Assembly: GCA_947457935.1 (NCBI GenBank)
Contig: CANGXP010000003.1
Span: 29,256-93,255, forward strand
Length of the DNA: 64,000 bases
DNA from: Alphaproteobacteria bacterium
GTDB lineage: Bacteria > Pseudomonadota > Alphaproteobacteria > JAJTHO01 > CANGXP01
Reading direction: 5' to 3'
Made by a program: the position numbers and the translations under genes
Shown here: positions 22,249 through 36,585 of the stretch, piece after piece
Layout of the letters: the number at the start of each line of letters is the position of its first letter
Numbering within the stretch: position 1 is the first letter of the stretch
Notes under the pieces: model-generated
Seen by the model: only the letters and a program-made list of their open reading frames with translations
Databases searched by the model: none
Told to the model about the DNA's origin: nothing

Positions 22249-22860
22249 TTAGGAAGGCCTCAACCCCGCAAACGGCTTTTTAAAGAAAGCGGTAATTTTG
22301 GGGATTGCCAACACGTTTTCAATGCGGCGTGTCAGGAAATCTGCCGTCTCTTGGTGATTCTCACTCTCATCTTGCAACCAATATAACAGCGTTGAAAGAT
22401 ACACCCCCGCCAACAAAAAGCGTTTGCTGTAAAAATTATAGTCTGTCGATGTGTCGCCCGCCAATCGCCAGCACTGGTCAACTATTTGATAAAGATAGTT
22501 GCTGGTATCAAGCGCACGGGTTGGCAAAACATAATAGCCCATTGCCGCGCGTACGGCAGGTTTAAAATCTGCCAGCAAATGCAAGCGCAACATAACGCTA
22601 CTGTGGATTTTTTGGCGGATTTTTGCAGGCGGCGGCGTTTGGGTAATGTACGCCTCCTCAAGATCTTTATGCAAACAATCATGCCAATATTGCAACACAT
22701 CGGGAATGTCTTCAGGAAACAAACAAAACGCCGTGCCTTTTTCAAAGCCGCATTGCTGCTCTGCAAGGGTAATCGCGGGGAGGGAAAATCCATCAAACGC
22801 CACATTTGCTAAAATGGCGGCAAGCAATGCATTTTTTTGTTCTAAAACTGTATGGTTCAT
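22249..22860 (-). CDS. COQ9 family protein
   Basis: VAFDGF, WRLAGDTSTDYNFYSKR, FLTRRIENV; divergent from rpsU. Confidence 0.92.
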   Translation of the reverse strand: MNHTVLEQKNALLAAILANVAFDGFSLPAITLAEQQCGFEKGTAFCLFPEDIPDVLQYWHDCLHKDLEEAYITQTPPPAKIRQKIHSSVMLRLHLLADFKPAVRAAMGYYVLPTRALDTSNYLYQIVDQCWRLAGDTSTDYNFYSKRFLLAGVYLSTLLYWLQDESENHQETADFLTRRIENVLAIPKITAFFKKPFAGLRPS

Positions 22861-22964
22861 GATACTCTAATAATCCGCTTCAAATTTTTCTTTGCAGATG
22901 CTGTGAAGTTATGTATAGGAAGTTTCTGATTTTTCAATAACTACACTACGATAAGGTTGTTTTT

Positions 22965-23168
22965 GTGTTAGTAAATGTTCGTGATAATAATGTAGAGCAA
23001 GCACTGCGTGCGCTAAAGAAAAAACTGCAACGCGAAGGCGTTTTCCGTGAGATGAAAATTCGTCGTCACTTTGAAAAGCCGTCTGAGAAGCGTGTGCGTG
23101 AAGCGCAAGAGTCTGTTCGTCGTCAACGTAAGTTGGTGCGTAAGCGTCTGGAAAAAGACGGTTTTTAG
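22965..23168 (+). CDS. rpsU: 30S ribosomal protein S21
   Basis: [21 protein letters not shown]...EKPSEKR. Confidence 0.97.
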   Translation: MLVNVRDNNVEQALRALKKKLQREGVFREMKIRRHFEKPSEKRVREAQESVRRQRKLVRKRLEKDGF

Positions 23169-23277
23169 TTTTTCGCTCTCATCCCTAAACAATAATAACA
23201 TACCTCTGGATTGTACAGCAGAACGCTATATATGAATTAATAGTAAATCGACTATTGGTTCACTCTCTTGGTATGGT

Positions 23278-24498
23278 ATGAAAACTTCTTACACGTTGCA
23301 TTTCTCCGCCGCCCTTGCAAAAATTAAAGCCGAGGGGCGCTACCGTTATTTTCAAGAGCTTGAGCGCAAAGCGGGACAGTTCCCCAGCGCGCTGCATTAT
23401 CGTGAAACAACATCCACTCCCATCACCGTTTGGTGTAGCAATGATTATCTTGGCATGGGACAACACCCCGCCGTTTTAGCGGCTATGCATACTGCGCTTG
23501 ACCAATGCGGCGCAGGTGCAGGGGGAACCCGCAACATTTCAGGCACAACTCTTTATCACGTTGCCCTAGAAAAAGAACTTGCTGCAGTGCATAGCAAAGA
23601 ATCGGCGTTGATATTTTCTTCAGGCTATGTTGCCAACGAAACAACCCTCTCCACCATCGCAAAATTACTTCCCGAGTGTGTGATTTTTTCTGATGCAAAA
23701 AATCATGCTTCCATGATTCACGGCATTCGGGAAAGTGGCGTGGAAAAGGTTATCTTCCGTCACAATGATACAGCGCATTTAGAAGAGTTATTGCAGCAAT
23801 ACCCTGAAAATCGCGCAAAAATGATTGTGTTTGAGTCTGTTTATTCCATGGAGGGGGATATTGCCCCTGTTGCGGAAATCTGTGCGCTTGCTAAAAAATA
23901 CCACGCCTTCACCTATCTGGATGAGGTGCACGCGGTGGGCATGTATGGGGCTGAAGGCGGCGGCATTGCCCAACAAAAAGGCGTGCAACAAGAAGTTTCC
24001 CTTATTCAAGGAACATTAGGCAAGGCGTATGGCGTTGTGGGGGGCTATATCGCTGCCGATGAAGCGGTGGTGGACTATGTGCGCAGCGCTGCTTCAGGGT
24101 TCATTTTCACGACAGCCATCCCCCCTGCTATTGCCGCAGGGGCGTTAGCCAGTGTGCGCCATTTGCGCCAATCTTCCCTAGAACGCGCACAACAACAGCA
24201 AAATGCTTCCCGCCTTAAACATCTGCTAGAACAAGCGGGTTTGCCCGTCATGGTGGGGGAGAGTCATATCGTGCCGCTGATGGTGGGCGATGCTGTGCGC
24301 TGCAAAGCGATTAGTGATGCGCTGCTCTATGACTATAACATTTATGTGCAGCCAATAAACTATCCCACTGTCCCCAAAGGCACGGAACGCTTGCGCTTTA
24401 CACCGTCACCGACCCACACAGAAGCCATGATGCAGGAACTCGTAACAGCCCTAAAAACGGTGTTTGCAGAGAGAGCAGAAGAGAAGAAGACGGCTTAA
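23278..24498 (+). CDS. hemA: 5-aminolevulinate synthase
   Basis: [46 protein letters not shown]. Confidence 0.97.
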   Translation: MKTSYTLHFSAALAKIKAEGRYRYFQELERKAGQFPSALHYRETTSTPITVWCSNDYLGMGQHPAVLAAMHTALDQCGAGAGGTRNISGTTLYHVALEKELAAVHSKESALIFSSGYVANETTLSTIAKLLPECVIFSDAKNHASMIHGIRESGVEKVIFRHNDTAHLEELLQQYPENRAKMIVFESVYSMEGDIAPVAEICALAKKYHAFTYLDEVHAVGMYGAEGGGIAQQKGVQQEVSLIQGTLGKAYGVVGGYIAADEAVVDYVRSAASGFIFTTAIPPAIAAGALASVRHLRQSSLERAQQQQNASRLKHLLEQAGLPVMVGESHIVPLMVGDAVRCKAISDALLYDYNIYVQPINYPTVPKGTERLRFTPSPTHTEAMMQELVTALKTVFAERAEEKKTA

Positions 24499-25256
24499 GT
24501 TTTCTTATTTCTGTTTTGAATGGATGAATTCGGAACAGGAATACGCGCTTTTAATCCCCGTAATATCGGTTTTGCAACAGCAGGTTTATAGGCGGCAATT
24601 GGTGCATAAAGTTGTTTCCGTGCTTCAATCAGCAACACCCCCGCAAAGGAGGGAAACCAGCGTTGACCGATTTTTTCCCATGCTGTTGCGGCTCTTAAGG
24701 AGACACGCCCTGTAAATGGCGGCATATACAGTGCGGAGACAAAACGAATCGGCGTAAATTGGTGGGCACGCAATAAGCGTTTTGCTTGCCGCATACTAAA
24801 CGGATGTCCCTGCCCAAAAGGGGTGCGCTCTAAATGCGCCCAAATGCCCCGCCTGTTCGGCACAATCATCAGCAATTTGCCATTGCCTGCCAACACCCGC
24901 CACACTTCTTGCAGCATGAGTTGTAGGTTATCGGTGTTTTCCACCGCATGGAGCAGAATCATCGTATCAATACTGTTGTCTGCAAATGGCAGTTGGCTTT
25001 CAAGAGATAGCACAGAGCGATACGCACCCTCACGCGGCCACGCCACAATGCCCTGTTGTGCTGGCATCACGGCAAAGGTACGCGGCGTTTGCTCTTGATA
25101 CGGACGCAACAACGGCGCGGCATATCCCAGCCCGACCACTGTATCACTTGCTAACGTTGGCCATAACTCTAACAATTTCCGCCGTAACAGCCGCTTGGTC
25201 ACGCCCCCCAGCGGCGTGTTATAAAAATCTAATAAATCGGCAATATCGGGGAACAT
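24495..25256 (-). CDS. Class I SAM-dependent methyltransferase (type 11)
   Basis: [30 protein letters not shown]...[10 protein letters not shown]. Confidence 0.88.
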   Translation of the reverse strand: MFPDIADLLDFYNTPLGGVTKRLLRRKLLELWPTLASDTVVGLGYAAPLLRPYQEQTPRTFAVMPAQQGIVAWPREGAYRSVLSLESQLPFADNSIDTMILLHAVENTDNLQLMLQEVWRVLAGNGKLLMIVPNRRGIWAHLERTPFGQGHPFSMRQAKRLLRAHQFTPIRFVSALYMPPFTGRVSLRAATAWEKIGQRWFPSFAGVLLIEARKQLYAPIAAYKPAVAKPILRGLKARIPVPNSSIQNRNKKT

Positions 25257-25263
25257 AAAAATT

Positions 25264-27042
25264 TTATTCTCCTAAAACTTGCTTCACTGTACTCGCTAAC
25301 TGCTTCAGGCTGAAAGGCTTGGCAAGAAACGCTATATCTGCTTGGTCTTCAAGGCGTTTGCGCATGTTTTCTTCTGCATAGCCTGAAATACACATCACTT
25401 TAAGATTCGGCATTTTTTCGCGAATAATACGAATGAGCGTAGGGCCATCAATAACGGGCATCATCATATCGGTAATAAGCAGGTCAATATGACGCGGTTC
25501 GGTGTTGAGGATTTCTAAGGCTGCTTCACCGCTCCGTGCTTCAATGACTTCATAGCCTTTGTTGCGCAGCGCACGTGCGCCGAATAACCGCACGGGGTCT
25601 TCATCTTCCACTAGAAGGATAACCCCACTGCCTGTGAGATCCGCAAGTTCCCCTAAATCTTTAGTAGACTTCTTTTCCTCAACACCGTTATGGCGAGGAA
25701 TATACAGGCTGAAGGATGTGCCGCGTCCTACCACGCTATCAACGCCTACATAACCCCCTGTTTGCTTCATAATACCATATACTGTTGCGAGCCCTAACCC
25801 TGTACCCGCCCCCACATCTTTAGTGGAGAAGAACGGATCAAAAATCCGTTCGATAATATCAGCAGGGATACCGCTCCCTGTATCTGTTACACGAATAAGC
25901 ACATATTCGCCAGCAAGCATCTCTTCTGTGCCAAGACGTTCTGGTTTTTCAAGAGTGATATTCGCGGTTGTGATAGTGAGCGTGCCATGATCGGCGATTG
26001 CATCGCGCGCATTCACCGCAAGGTTAATAATCACTTGCTCAAGTTGGGTTTGGTCAACTCTTACAAGCCATAAGTCACGGCTATGCTGAATATTGAGGCC
26101 AACACTTTCGCCTAATAATCGCCGCAGCAAATGCCCCAATTCTGCTAATGTATCTGTAATGTTAAGCACTTTGGGCGTTAGTTTCTGTTGTCGAGAAAAG
26201 GCAAGGAGTTGGCGGACGAGTCCTGCTGCACGTGTAGAATTCTGTTGGATATGGTTAATATCCGCGAAAGAGGGATCACCCGCAGTGTGGCGTTGCAACA
26301 GCAAGTCACAAAATCCCATAATAGCGGTGAGGAGATTGTTGAAATCGTGTGCAATGCCGCCTGCAAGCTGCCCGACAGCTTGCATTTTTTGGGATTGAAC
26401 GAACTGTTTTTCGAGGTCTTTGCGTGCTGAAATATCAAGCAAATGGAGGACAAGGCGCGAATCTTCCGTTTGAGGATTATCCACCATGCCGATATAGACC
26501 GCCACCGTGGTTTCTTTTTTCGTTACGAGTTGAACTTCAATGAGTGCGGGGTCGCCCTGTTGTTCAACAAGGGTGATTGCGGCTTTGAGTTTATCGTGGT
26601 CATTTTTATGAAACAGGGTGTGAACAGGTTGTTTTACGCATTGAATGGCTGATTTTTCCGTCAACGTGCAAAACATCGGGTTGCAAATTTCAATACAATG
26701 ATTGACATTAAGGGCGATAATACCAATCGGGGCAGCATGAAAGTAATGCCGATAGAGAGCTTGTGTGCTGAGGGCTTCTTGATACGCTTCATCTTTTTTT
26801 GTAAAACGCCGTGCAAGTTTAACCCCTGAACCCATTTGTGCGGCAATCGCATCTTTTGTTGCCATCCAAAATAAAATACTGCACAGGAAAAAAAGAAAAA
26901 TAGCAAGATAGGTTAATACCGTAAAAGACTGTTTTATTAATATCAGCCAGAGCGCCAGCCCCCCAAAACCGAGAAAAGACGATGCAAGAAGGAAAAAAAT
27001 TGTAAAGAGTGCAAACTGGTTTGCAAGTTTAATAAGTTTCAT
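25264..27042 (-). CDS. cckA: Hybrid PAS histidine kinase with receiver domain, CckA-like
   Basis: QSQKMQAVGQLAGGIAHDFNNLLTAI, NLAVNARDA, GTGLGLATVYG, receiver LVEDEDPVR; start set at ATG 27042. Confidence 0.88.
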   Translation of the reverse strand: MKLIKLANQFALFTIFFLLASSFLGFGGLALWLILIKQSFTVLTYLAIFLFFLCSILFWMATKDAIAAQMGSGVKLARRFTKKDEAYQEALSTQALYRHYFHAAPIGIIALNVNHCIEICNPMFCTLTEKSAIQCVKQPVHTLFHKNDHDKLKAAITLVEQQGDPALIEVQLVTKKETTVAVYIGMVDNPQTEDSRLVLHLLDISARKDLEKQFVQSQKMQAVGQLAGGIAHDFNNLLTAIMGFCDLLLQRHTAGDPSFADINHIQQNSTRAAGLVRQLLAFSRQQKLTPKVLNITDTLAELGHLLRRLLGESVGLNIQHSRDLWLVRVDQTQLEQVIINLAVNARDAIADHGTLTITTANITLEKPERLGTEEMLAGEYVLIRVTDTGSGIPADIIERIFDPFFSTKDVGAGTGLGLATVYGIMKQTGGYVGVDSVVGRGTSFSLYIPRHNGVEEKKSTKDLGELADLTGSGVILLVEDEDPVRLFGARALRNKGYEVIEARSGEAALEILNTEPRHIDLLITDMMMPVIDGPTLIRIIREKMPNLKVMCISGYAEENMRKRLEDQADIAFLAKPFSLKQLASTVKQVLGE

Positions 27043-27127
27043 GACGTTGCCAACTCTGAAAATAGGGAAGTGCTCTATTATATCAATACTGTAGTCAAAC
27101 AGAACAATCGAGAAAAAGGAAGTCGTA

Positions 27128-30813
<3,686 letters not shown>

Positions 30814-30865
30814 ACAGATTTTTAAAAATCACGCAAACGGATTTGTGGGGTGGAAGACTCCCCCC

Positions 30866-31408
30866 TTATGCCGCTAACGGAACTTGAATGTCATATTTGT
30901 TGCTGGGAAGCACATATTGTTGCGCTGTTCTTTTTGAGGCATCAATAACGATAGGTGCTTTAACATTAAGCGTCATCTGCACTTTACCGAACATTTCCCG
31001 CACGGTAACGATATGCAATAATAACAAATCGTCTTCTGCTATAGAAAATGTATTGCAAAGAGAGGCAACATCACTAGCCTCTAGCAATGCTGTTTTGGCG
31101 GTTGTGGGGAAAACAATAAACGATAGATTTTTTTCTTCTAAAGATTGCAAGATGCGGAAATTATTGGCAGCGGCGGCATTCGGCATGCTGCTCAGACCAA
31201 AGCGTGTAAATTCTGTAAGACCGATTAACCCTTGAGCAAAAGTAATAAATTGATCCGCCTCAAATTGCAGCGTACCGAATTTATTTTGTATAACAACAGC
31301 GTCTTCTTTTTGGGTAGAGGCTGTAACAGTTTTTTGGGTCATATCGCTATATCTATTCACATCTGAATAATCAGGGTTTTCGTAGGTAGCTAACGTTGCG
31401 TAATCCAT
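30866..31408 (-). CDS. fliW: Flagellar assembly factor FliW
   Basis: KFGTL, ITFAQGLIGL, LQSLE..LSFIV, MTLNVKAPIVID, QYVL; follows flgL. Confidence 0.85.
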   Translation of the reverse strand: MDYATLATYENPDYSDVNRYSDMTQKTVTASTQKEDAVVIQNKFGTLQFEADQFITFAQGLIGLTEFTRFGLSSMPNAAAANNFRILQSLEEKNLSFIVFPTTAKTALLEASDVASLCNTFSIAEDDLLLLHIVTVREMFGKVQMTLNVKAPIVIDASKRTAQQYVLPSNKYDIQVPLAA

Positions 31409-31483
31409 AATATTATACCTCTTAAGTGTTCAAAAATTGTTAATGTTCTGTGGTCTCGCTCAATCTATTCATGGTCTATTGTT

Positions 31484-32386
31484 TTAATTCAAATATTGTA
31501 CCAAACTCATGCGTCCCATCCGTCCAATGGTGGAATAGGCTGCACTGAGTAGGGTTTCTTGGTTAGCAAGTTCACTCGTTGCTCGTAAAACGTCTGTATC
31601 TTGAATTGAGCTAATAGTTGTTGCCAACACAGTTTGATTGTCTAAATGGCGACTCTTAACGGTATCCAATGTTTTGCTTTGTGCGCCAATCACACTGATT
31701 GATTGGTTTAGCCCTGCAATAGCCTCATTAATAAGCTGCATGCCTTCCCGTAGTCTCACAGGATCTGTGGCATTTGCTTGAACAATCCGCAGCCCGCGAA
31801 TATATTTTTCAAAGGTTGAATCGCTTGCCTTTACACCGTAATCAAGATTGTAATTGGTATCAATTTTTGCGGTGAGTGTGTTCGCATCGCCTTGATAATA
31901 ATCAGTATCAGCGGTGAGAGCACTAGGAGCACTTGTAAATTTTGTTAAGTCAACAGGCGCTGTTGTGGTGCGCGTGCCTGAAAAAACATATGTATCACCG
32001 TCTTTTGTATTCAGCACGTTTGCAACTTGCTTGAGTAATTGCTCGGCTTGTTGCCCTAAGGCAGAGAAATTCGCGTTGCCGTTGTTTAAGCCTGTGACCA
32101 ATGCTGTTTTAAAAGAAATCCCGTTGTCTAACAGGGAGTTCATTTGTGTCTCCATGGTATTCATGCGGGTGGTGGTTTGCGTAATAGTTGTTACATATTG
32201 CGCGGTGCGTTCACTGGTTGATTGTAAGCCCACAAGCCTTGAGGCATCTTGGTAAATCCCTGTGTATGTTTGGGATTTTTGACCGCTGGAAATTTGCGTT
32301 TGCAAATCAAAGGCACGCTGCTGGATTTTATTCACAAATCCTTGCGTGCTGTTGAATTTTGCAAAAGTTCCTAATCTATCTAACAT
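31484..32386 (-). CDS. flgL: Hook-associated protein FlgL (flagellin-like)
   Basis: QISSGQKS, LNTKDGDTYVFSG, flagellin-like C-terminus; follows flgK. Confidence 0.88.
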   Translation of the reverse strand: MLDRLGTFAKFNSTQGFVNKIQQRAFDLQTQISSGQKSQTYTGIYQDASRLVGLQSTSERTAQYVTTITQTTTRMNTMETQMNSLLDNGISFKTALVTGLNNGNANFSALGQQAEQLLKQVANVLNTKDGDTYVFSGTRTTTAPVDLTKFTSAPSALTADTDYYQGDANTLTAKIDTNYNLDYGVKASDSTFEKYIRGLRIVQANATDPVRLREGMQLINEAIAGLNQSISVIGAQSKTLDTVKSRHLDNQTVLATTISSIQDTDVLRATSELANQETLLSAAYSTIGRMGRMSLVQYLN

Positions 32387-32402
32387 AATGCGTTATCCTC
32401 GA

Positions 32403-34589
32403 TTATCCAACAAGCTGACTGAGTTCTTGGAACATGTCTGAAACCACCTTAATGATCCGCGCTGAGGCACTATAGGCGTTCTGAATTTCTGTGAGGGATG
32501 CCAACTCTGAGTCCATATTCACACCACTGGTGGAAGACCGTTGCAGTTCTAATTGGCTCGTTAGACTTTGCTGATTGTCATAGTTATCGGTGTATTGATT
32601 ATTGAGGCGGGCATTATTGCCCAAAAATAAGCTGGCATAACTGGTGAGCGATGTTTGCACATCACTAAGATCCCCTGTGGGAGCAAAAGTAGAGTTTGCA
32701 TCAAACGCGTCTGTAATGGCGTTGGCGATGCTGGCATCTCCTGCTGTAATCGCTGCAATCGGTGTGGTGATAGGCGGCGTGATCACTTGGTTATTCAGTG
32801 CGCCGCGCGTGAGAAGTTGCGGGGTATCAATAAGTTTTTGATTAACAGTGAGAGAGGTTGCAGTGTGTCTTGGATCCCGAAGGTCAAAAAATTTCGTGAG
32901 ATTGCTGCCTGTTGCCGTATCCGTTGCAGGCGGGCTTAACAGCGTCATCTCAATGCTTTCGTTCGGATTGTCCGCTTTGAGATAGAGTTTCCCATCACTG
33001 CCAAGACTGGCTGTCATGCCAATAGCAGCACCATTGATTTGATTAATAACATCACCCACACTGGCGATAGGCAGTGTTGCTAAGTTTAAATTAAAACTTG
33101 TTTGCACAACACCTGCTGCATTCGTCACACCAAAGCGCACACTGCCTGTGCCTGAAAGCGGACTTGTAATGCTAAACGTATTATTACTAACTAACTTAAC
33201 AGGATTAGAGTCGGAAAGGCTGGAGACAAAAATGTCATTTAGTCCGAAGAATTGCCCAACATTGAGATCTCTCCCCGTCACGTTTTCGATAGCAGGGGTT
33301 GTTTGTCCCGCTGCCATGCCAACAGCAATTTTATTTGCGCCGAGGGCTGCAATCGTCATTTTACCATTTGCATCAAGGGAAACACTGCCAACAGTATTAA
33401 AGGCAACACCGTTGACAGCGGTGGTAGAGGCATTAACGGCTGTGATAAAATCATTAATGGTTTTGGGGGCAGGGCTGGTGATGGTTCCTAAATCTAGGTC
33501 AACATAATCACTGTAATTGCCAGCGGCATTGGTAATGGCAATACGCATTTTTCCTGTTGCGTAAAAAGGATCACTCCCATTAAGAACGCGTGTCCCTGTA
33601 AGTGATTGTGGTGGGGGGTATGCAGTGCCTAAGTTGCTAACGGAATTCACAATGTTTTGTAATGTAGAGGAAATATTTTCTAGTTGGTTTGCCATGTTTG
33701 GCAAAACGGTATCGCGTGAATCAATAAGCCCTTTGAGCCGTCCCGTGCGGAAAGTATTGGTTAAATCAGTTGCAAGCGTGTTGTTGGCAAAATCAATTTT
33801 GTCAAACCCGCCATCTGCTTGTGTAACGGTAGGGTCAATACTTGAGACAGGAGTATATTGCAGTTTTTGAGGGGTGTTATCGATGAGCTTTGTGCCATCG
33901 TTTGTGTAGATAACAATTTCTTTATTGGCGCGCGTGAAAACTCGTATATCCATTTGTTCTGCAATTTTATTAATTTCTGCATCACGCTGATCTTCTAGGT
34001 CACCTGTGGCGATGCCCATCACGTCGTTTTTAGCAATTTTGCCGTTTAAATCATTAATGTTAATGAGAGCGGTATTGACCACTTCAATCGAGTTTGCAAC
34101 TTCTTGATCAACGTCTTGACGCAGCGACTGAATGCGGCTGCTGGCGGTATTGATTTGATTGGCAATATCTCGGGCAAGATTAACGAGTTCAACTTTTTTA
34201 ATCGGGTTGTTTGGGTCAGTTGCAACACTGGAGAAACGATTGACGAGTTTTGTAATATTCGCAGTCAGAGATGTTTGTGAGCTAACGCTTCCGAAAATAG
34301 ATTCTGTTCTTTGTGCGTAGTCTTGTTTCGCCGCATATTCTGATAGCTTTGATGTCTGGTTGCGTAACTCGAGTGCAAGACTTTCGTTTACACTGCGTGT
34401 AATGCTTGCAACACTCACACCACTGCCGATGCCTTTGTTGCCTCCAGAAACAATGCTCTCAAGATTCGCTTGCTTGCGAGTGTAGCCAACGGTATTTGCG
34501 TTCGTAATGTTGGAACTGGCAACATTAAGCTGAACCTGCGTGACGCTGATTCCTGTTAGAGCATTTTTGAGGGCAAGGTCTAGAGACAT
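32403..34589 (-). CDS. flgK: Hook-associated protein FlgK
   Basis: NITNANTVGYTRK, DLEDQRD, SGVNMDSE...QNAYSASARII. Confidence 0.93.
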   Translation of the reverse strand: MSLDLALKNALTGISVTQVQLNVASSNITNANTVGYTRKQANLESIVSGGNKGIGSGVSVASITRSVNESLALELRNQTSKLSEYAAKQDYAQRTESIFGSVSSQTSLTANITKLVNRFSSVATDPNNPIKKVELVNLARDIANQINTASSRIQSLRQDVDQEVANSIEVVNTALININDLNGKIAKNDVMGIATGDLEDQRDAEINKIAEQMDIRVFTRANKEIVIYTNDGTKLIDNTPQKLQYTPVSSIDPTVTQADGGFDKIDFANNTLATDLTNTFRTGRLKGLIDSRDTVLPNMANQLENISSTLQNIVNSVSNLGTAYPPPQSLTGTRVLNGSDPFYATGKMRIAITNAAGNYSDYVDLDLGTITSPAPKTINDFITAVNASTTAVNGVAFNTVGSVSLDANGKMTIAALGANKIAVGMAAGQTTPAIENVTGRDLNVGQFFGLNDIFVSSLSDSNPVKLVSNNTFSITSPLSGTGSVRFGVTNAAGVVQTSFNLNLATLPIASVGDVINQINGAAIGMTASLGSDGKLYLKADNPNESIEMTLLSPPATDTATGSNLTKFFDLRDPRHTATSLTVNQKLIDTPQLLTRGALNNQVITPPITTPIAAITAGDASIANAITDAFDANSTFAPTGDLSDVQTSLTSYASLFLGNNARLNNQYTDNYDNQQSLTSQLELQRSSTSGVNMDSELASLTEIQNAYSASARIIKVVSDMFQELSQLVG

Positions 34590-34602
34590 TGTTTAGTGTT
34601 CC

Positions 34603-35076
34603 CTAAAGACTTTGATTAAGGGCAACAGACATTGACCCTTGCGCCACGCCTGCATGGCGATAAACACCGCGTTGAGTTTTTCCACTACGGTTATAGGCGG
34701 TTAAGGGAGATTGTTGTTCTGTGACAGCATTGCGAATGGCTTCTAAAACAAACTGGCGGCTGTCGCGTGCGGCGCTAAGAGCGCGTTTGTTTTCTTTTGT
34801 CACGCGACCATAAAGTGCCATAACTTCCGCAAGGTGCTGTTTTTGCTCGGCAGAAATTTCCTGTAGCCAATCAAGATTGCTTTGAAACTCAAGGATGAGT
34901 TTTTCATATGCTTGAAACAGAATATTTTTTGATTCTTGTAAAGGTACAATCGAGACAACGTCTTGTTTTCGCAAGAAATCTGTTTCTTGTTGTAGCACTT
35001 GAATAAGGCGATAGGTCAACTCCAGTAGGGTGTTGATTTTCGCGCTTGATGATAAATTTGTATTTTCCTCACTCAT
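34603..35076 (-). CDS. FlgN-like flagellar export chaperone
   Basis: Helical 157-aa protein between flgJ and flgK; ETDFL..., YNRSG tail. Confidence 0.65.
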   Translation of the reverse strand: MSEENTNLSSSAKINTLLELTYRLIQVLQQETDFLRKQDVVSIVPLQESKNILFQAYEKLILEFQSNLDWLQEISAEQKQHLAEVMALYGRVTKENKRALSAARDSRQFVLEAIRNAVTEQQSPLTAYNRSGKTQRGVYRHAGVAQGSMSVALNQSL

Positions 35077-35384
35077 TATTTTCTCTGAGCCTCCTCTTGT
35101 AAACGAATCATTTCTGTTTTCACTGCATCAGCTATGCCAAGTTGTCCTGTTGCCGCGATATTCTTGCCGTATTCTGTCACCATGAAGGAACGGAAGGTTT
35201 TTTCGCCTTGTCCGCCGCCAAAAGTGCTGTCTGTATCAATGCCTTCAAAGATGAGAGACAGCATTTGACTCAGGAACATGCCTTCAAATTCTTTAGCTTT
35301 TTCCTCTACGTTTTTAAGCTGCGGATTAGGCGCGGTGAAAGGGGTGTTGTTCAAAGCAAGCGTTGCGGTTTCAAACGTGTTCAT
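35076..35384 (-). CDS. flgJ: Rod-binding protein (short FlgJ)
   Basis: AKEFEGMFLSQML, FGGGQGEKTFRS, GIADAV. Confidence 0.88.
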   Translation of the reverse strand: MNTFETATLALNNTPFTAPNPQLKNVEEKAKEFEGMFLSQMLSLIFEGIDTDSTFGGGQGEKTFRSFMVTEYGKNIAATGQLGIADAVKTEMIRLQEEAQRK

Positions 35385-36499
35385 TACATCACCTCAATTT
35401 CAGCTTGCAGTGCGCCTGCTGCTTTGATGCTTTGCAGAATGGAAATAAGATCCCTTGGGCCAACACCAAGGGCATTGAGTCCTGTTACCAGTTCTTGAAG
35501 ATCAACGCCTTCCCGCACAATACCGAGTTGTTTGTCTGTATCTTCATCAACTTGGATATTGGTGCGGTCAACAATCGCTGTTTGTCCTGTTTGGGCAAAA
35601 GCATTGGGTTGGGAGACTTGCGGGGTTTCTGTCACACGAATGGTCAGGTTGCCTTGGGCAATCGCCACCGTGCTAATTTTAACATTCTCGCCAATAACAA
35701 TAATCCCTGATTTTTCATCAATCACCACTTTAGCAGGCAAATCAGGCTGCACAGGGAGTTGTTCAATGCGGGTAATAAGCCCCACGGGGTTGTTGGCGTA
35801 ATCATTGGGTAGATTCACAACCACCGTGCCAGAATCTTGGGATTCTGCCGCTTGCACGCCTAAATCTTGGTTGATAACGCTGGCAATGCGGCGTGCGGTG
35901 GTGAAATCAGGGTTGCGTAAGGAAATACGCAGCGGGTTCAACTGCTTCATATCAAAGGGAATTTCTTGTTCCACAATCGCGCCGCTGGCAATACGCCCAT
36001 TTGTGGGCGTGCCTTTGGTAACACTGGCTGCTGCACCACTGGCGGTAAAGCCGCCAATCGCAATGGGGCCTTGCGCCACAGCATACACTTCCCCATCAGC
36101 ACCCATCAGCGGGGTGACGATAAGCGTGCCGCCTTGCAAACTAGACGCATCGCCAATTGCAGAAACAGTCACATCAATACGGTTGCCTTGACGGGCGAAA
36201 GACGGCAAGGTTGCTGTTACCATCACAGCGGCAATATTGTTTGTTTTCAGGTTGTTATCCCGTGCATTAATACCAAGGCGTTCCAACATCCCCACGATGC
36301 TTTCTTTAGTGAATACCGATTTTGTAAGACTATCGCCCGTTGCGTTTAACCCCACAACCAGACCATAGCCCACCAGCATGTTATCGCGCACGCCTTCAAA
36401 ATTGGTGATGTCCTTCACGCGTGTGCCCGCTGATGCTGGCAACGTGGGGACGTTGAGCAACAGGGCTGCACTGATAACGAGTGAGAAAAATTTTTGCAT
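35384..36499 (-). CDS. flgI: Flagellar P-ring protein
   Basis: RDNMLVGYGLVVGL, AAVMVTA, GDASSLQGGTL, AAGALQAE. Confidence 0.97.
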   Translation of the reverse strand: MQKFFSLVISAALLLNVPTLPASAGTRVKDITNFEGVRDNMLVGYGLVVGLNATGDSLTKSVFTKESIVGMLERLGINARDNNLKTNNIAAVMVTATLPSFARQGNRIDVTVSAIGDASSLQGGTLIVTPLMGADGEVYAVAQGPIAIGGFTASGAAASVTKGTPTNGRIASGAIVEQEIPFDMKQLNPLRISLRNPDFTTARRIASVINQDLGVQAAESQDSGTVVVNLPNDYANNPVGLITRIEQLPVQPDLPAKVVIDEKSGIIVIGENVKISTVAIAQGNLTIRVTETPQVSQPNAFAQTGQTAIVDRTNIQVDEDTDKQLGIVREGVDLQELVTGLNALGVGPRDLISILQSIKAAGALQAEIEVM

Positions 36500-36534
36500 T
36501 ACCTCAAGTCCTTTTTGTTGTTAAGGTAACCAAG

Positions 36535-36550
36535 TGCAAAAACTGTGCCA
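36535..36550 (-). promoter_or_regulatory. sigma54 (-24/-12) promoter of the flgI operon
   Basis: Minus strand reads TGGCAC-AGTTT-TTGCA, matching the consensus, about 35 bp upstream of the flgI ATG. Confidence 0.9.
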
Positions 36551-36585
36551 TGTTCTAACGGTCTAAAAATTGCAAAGAACAAATA

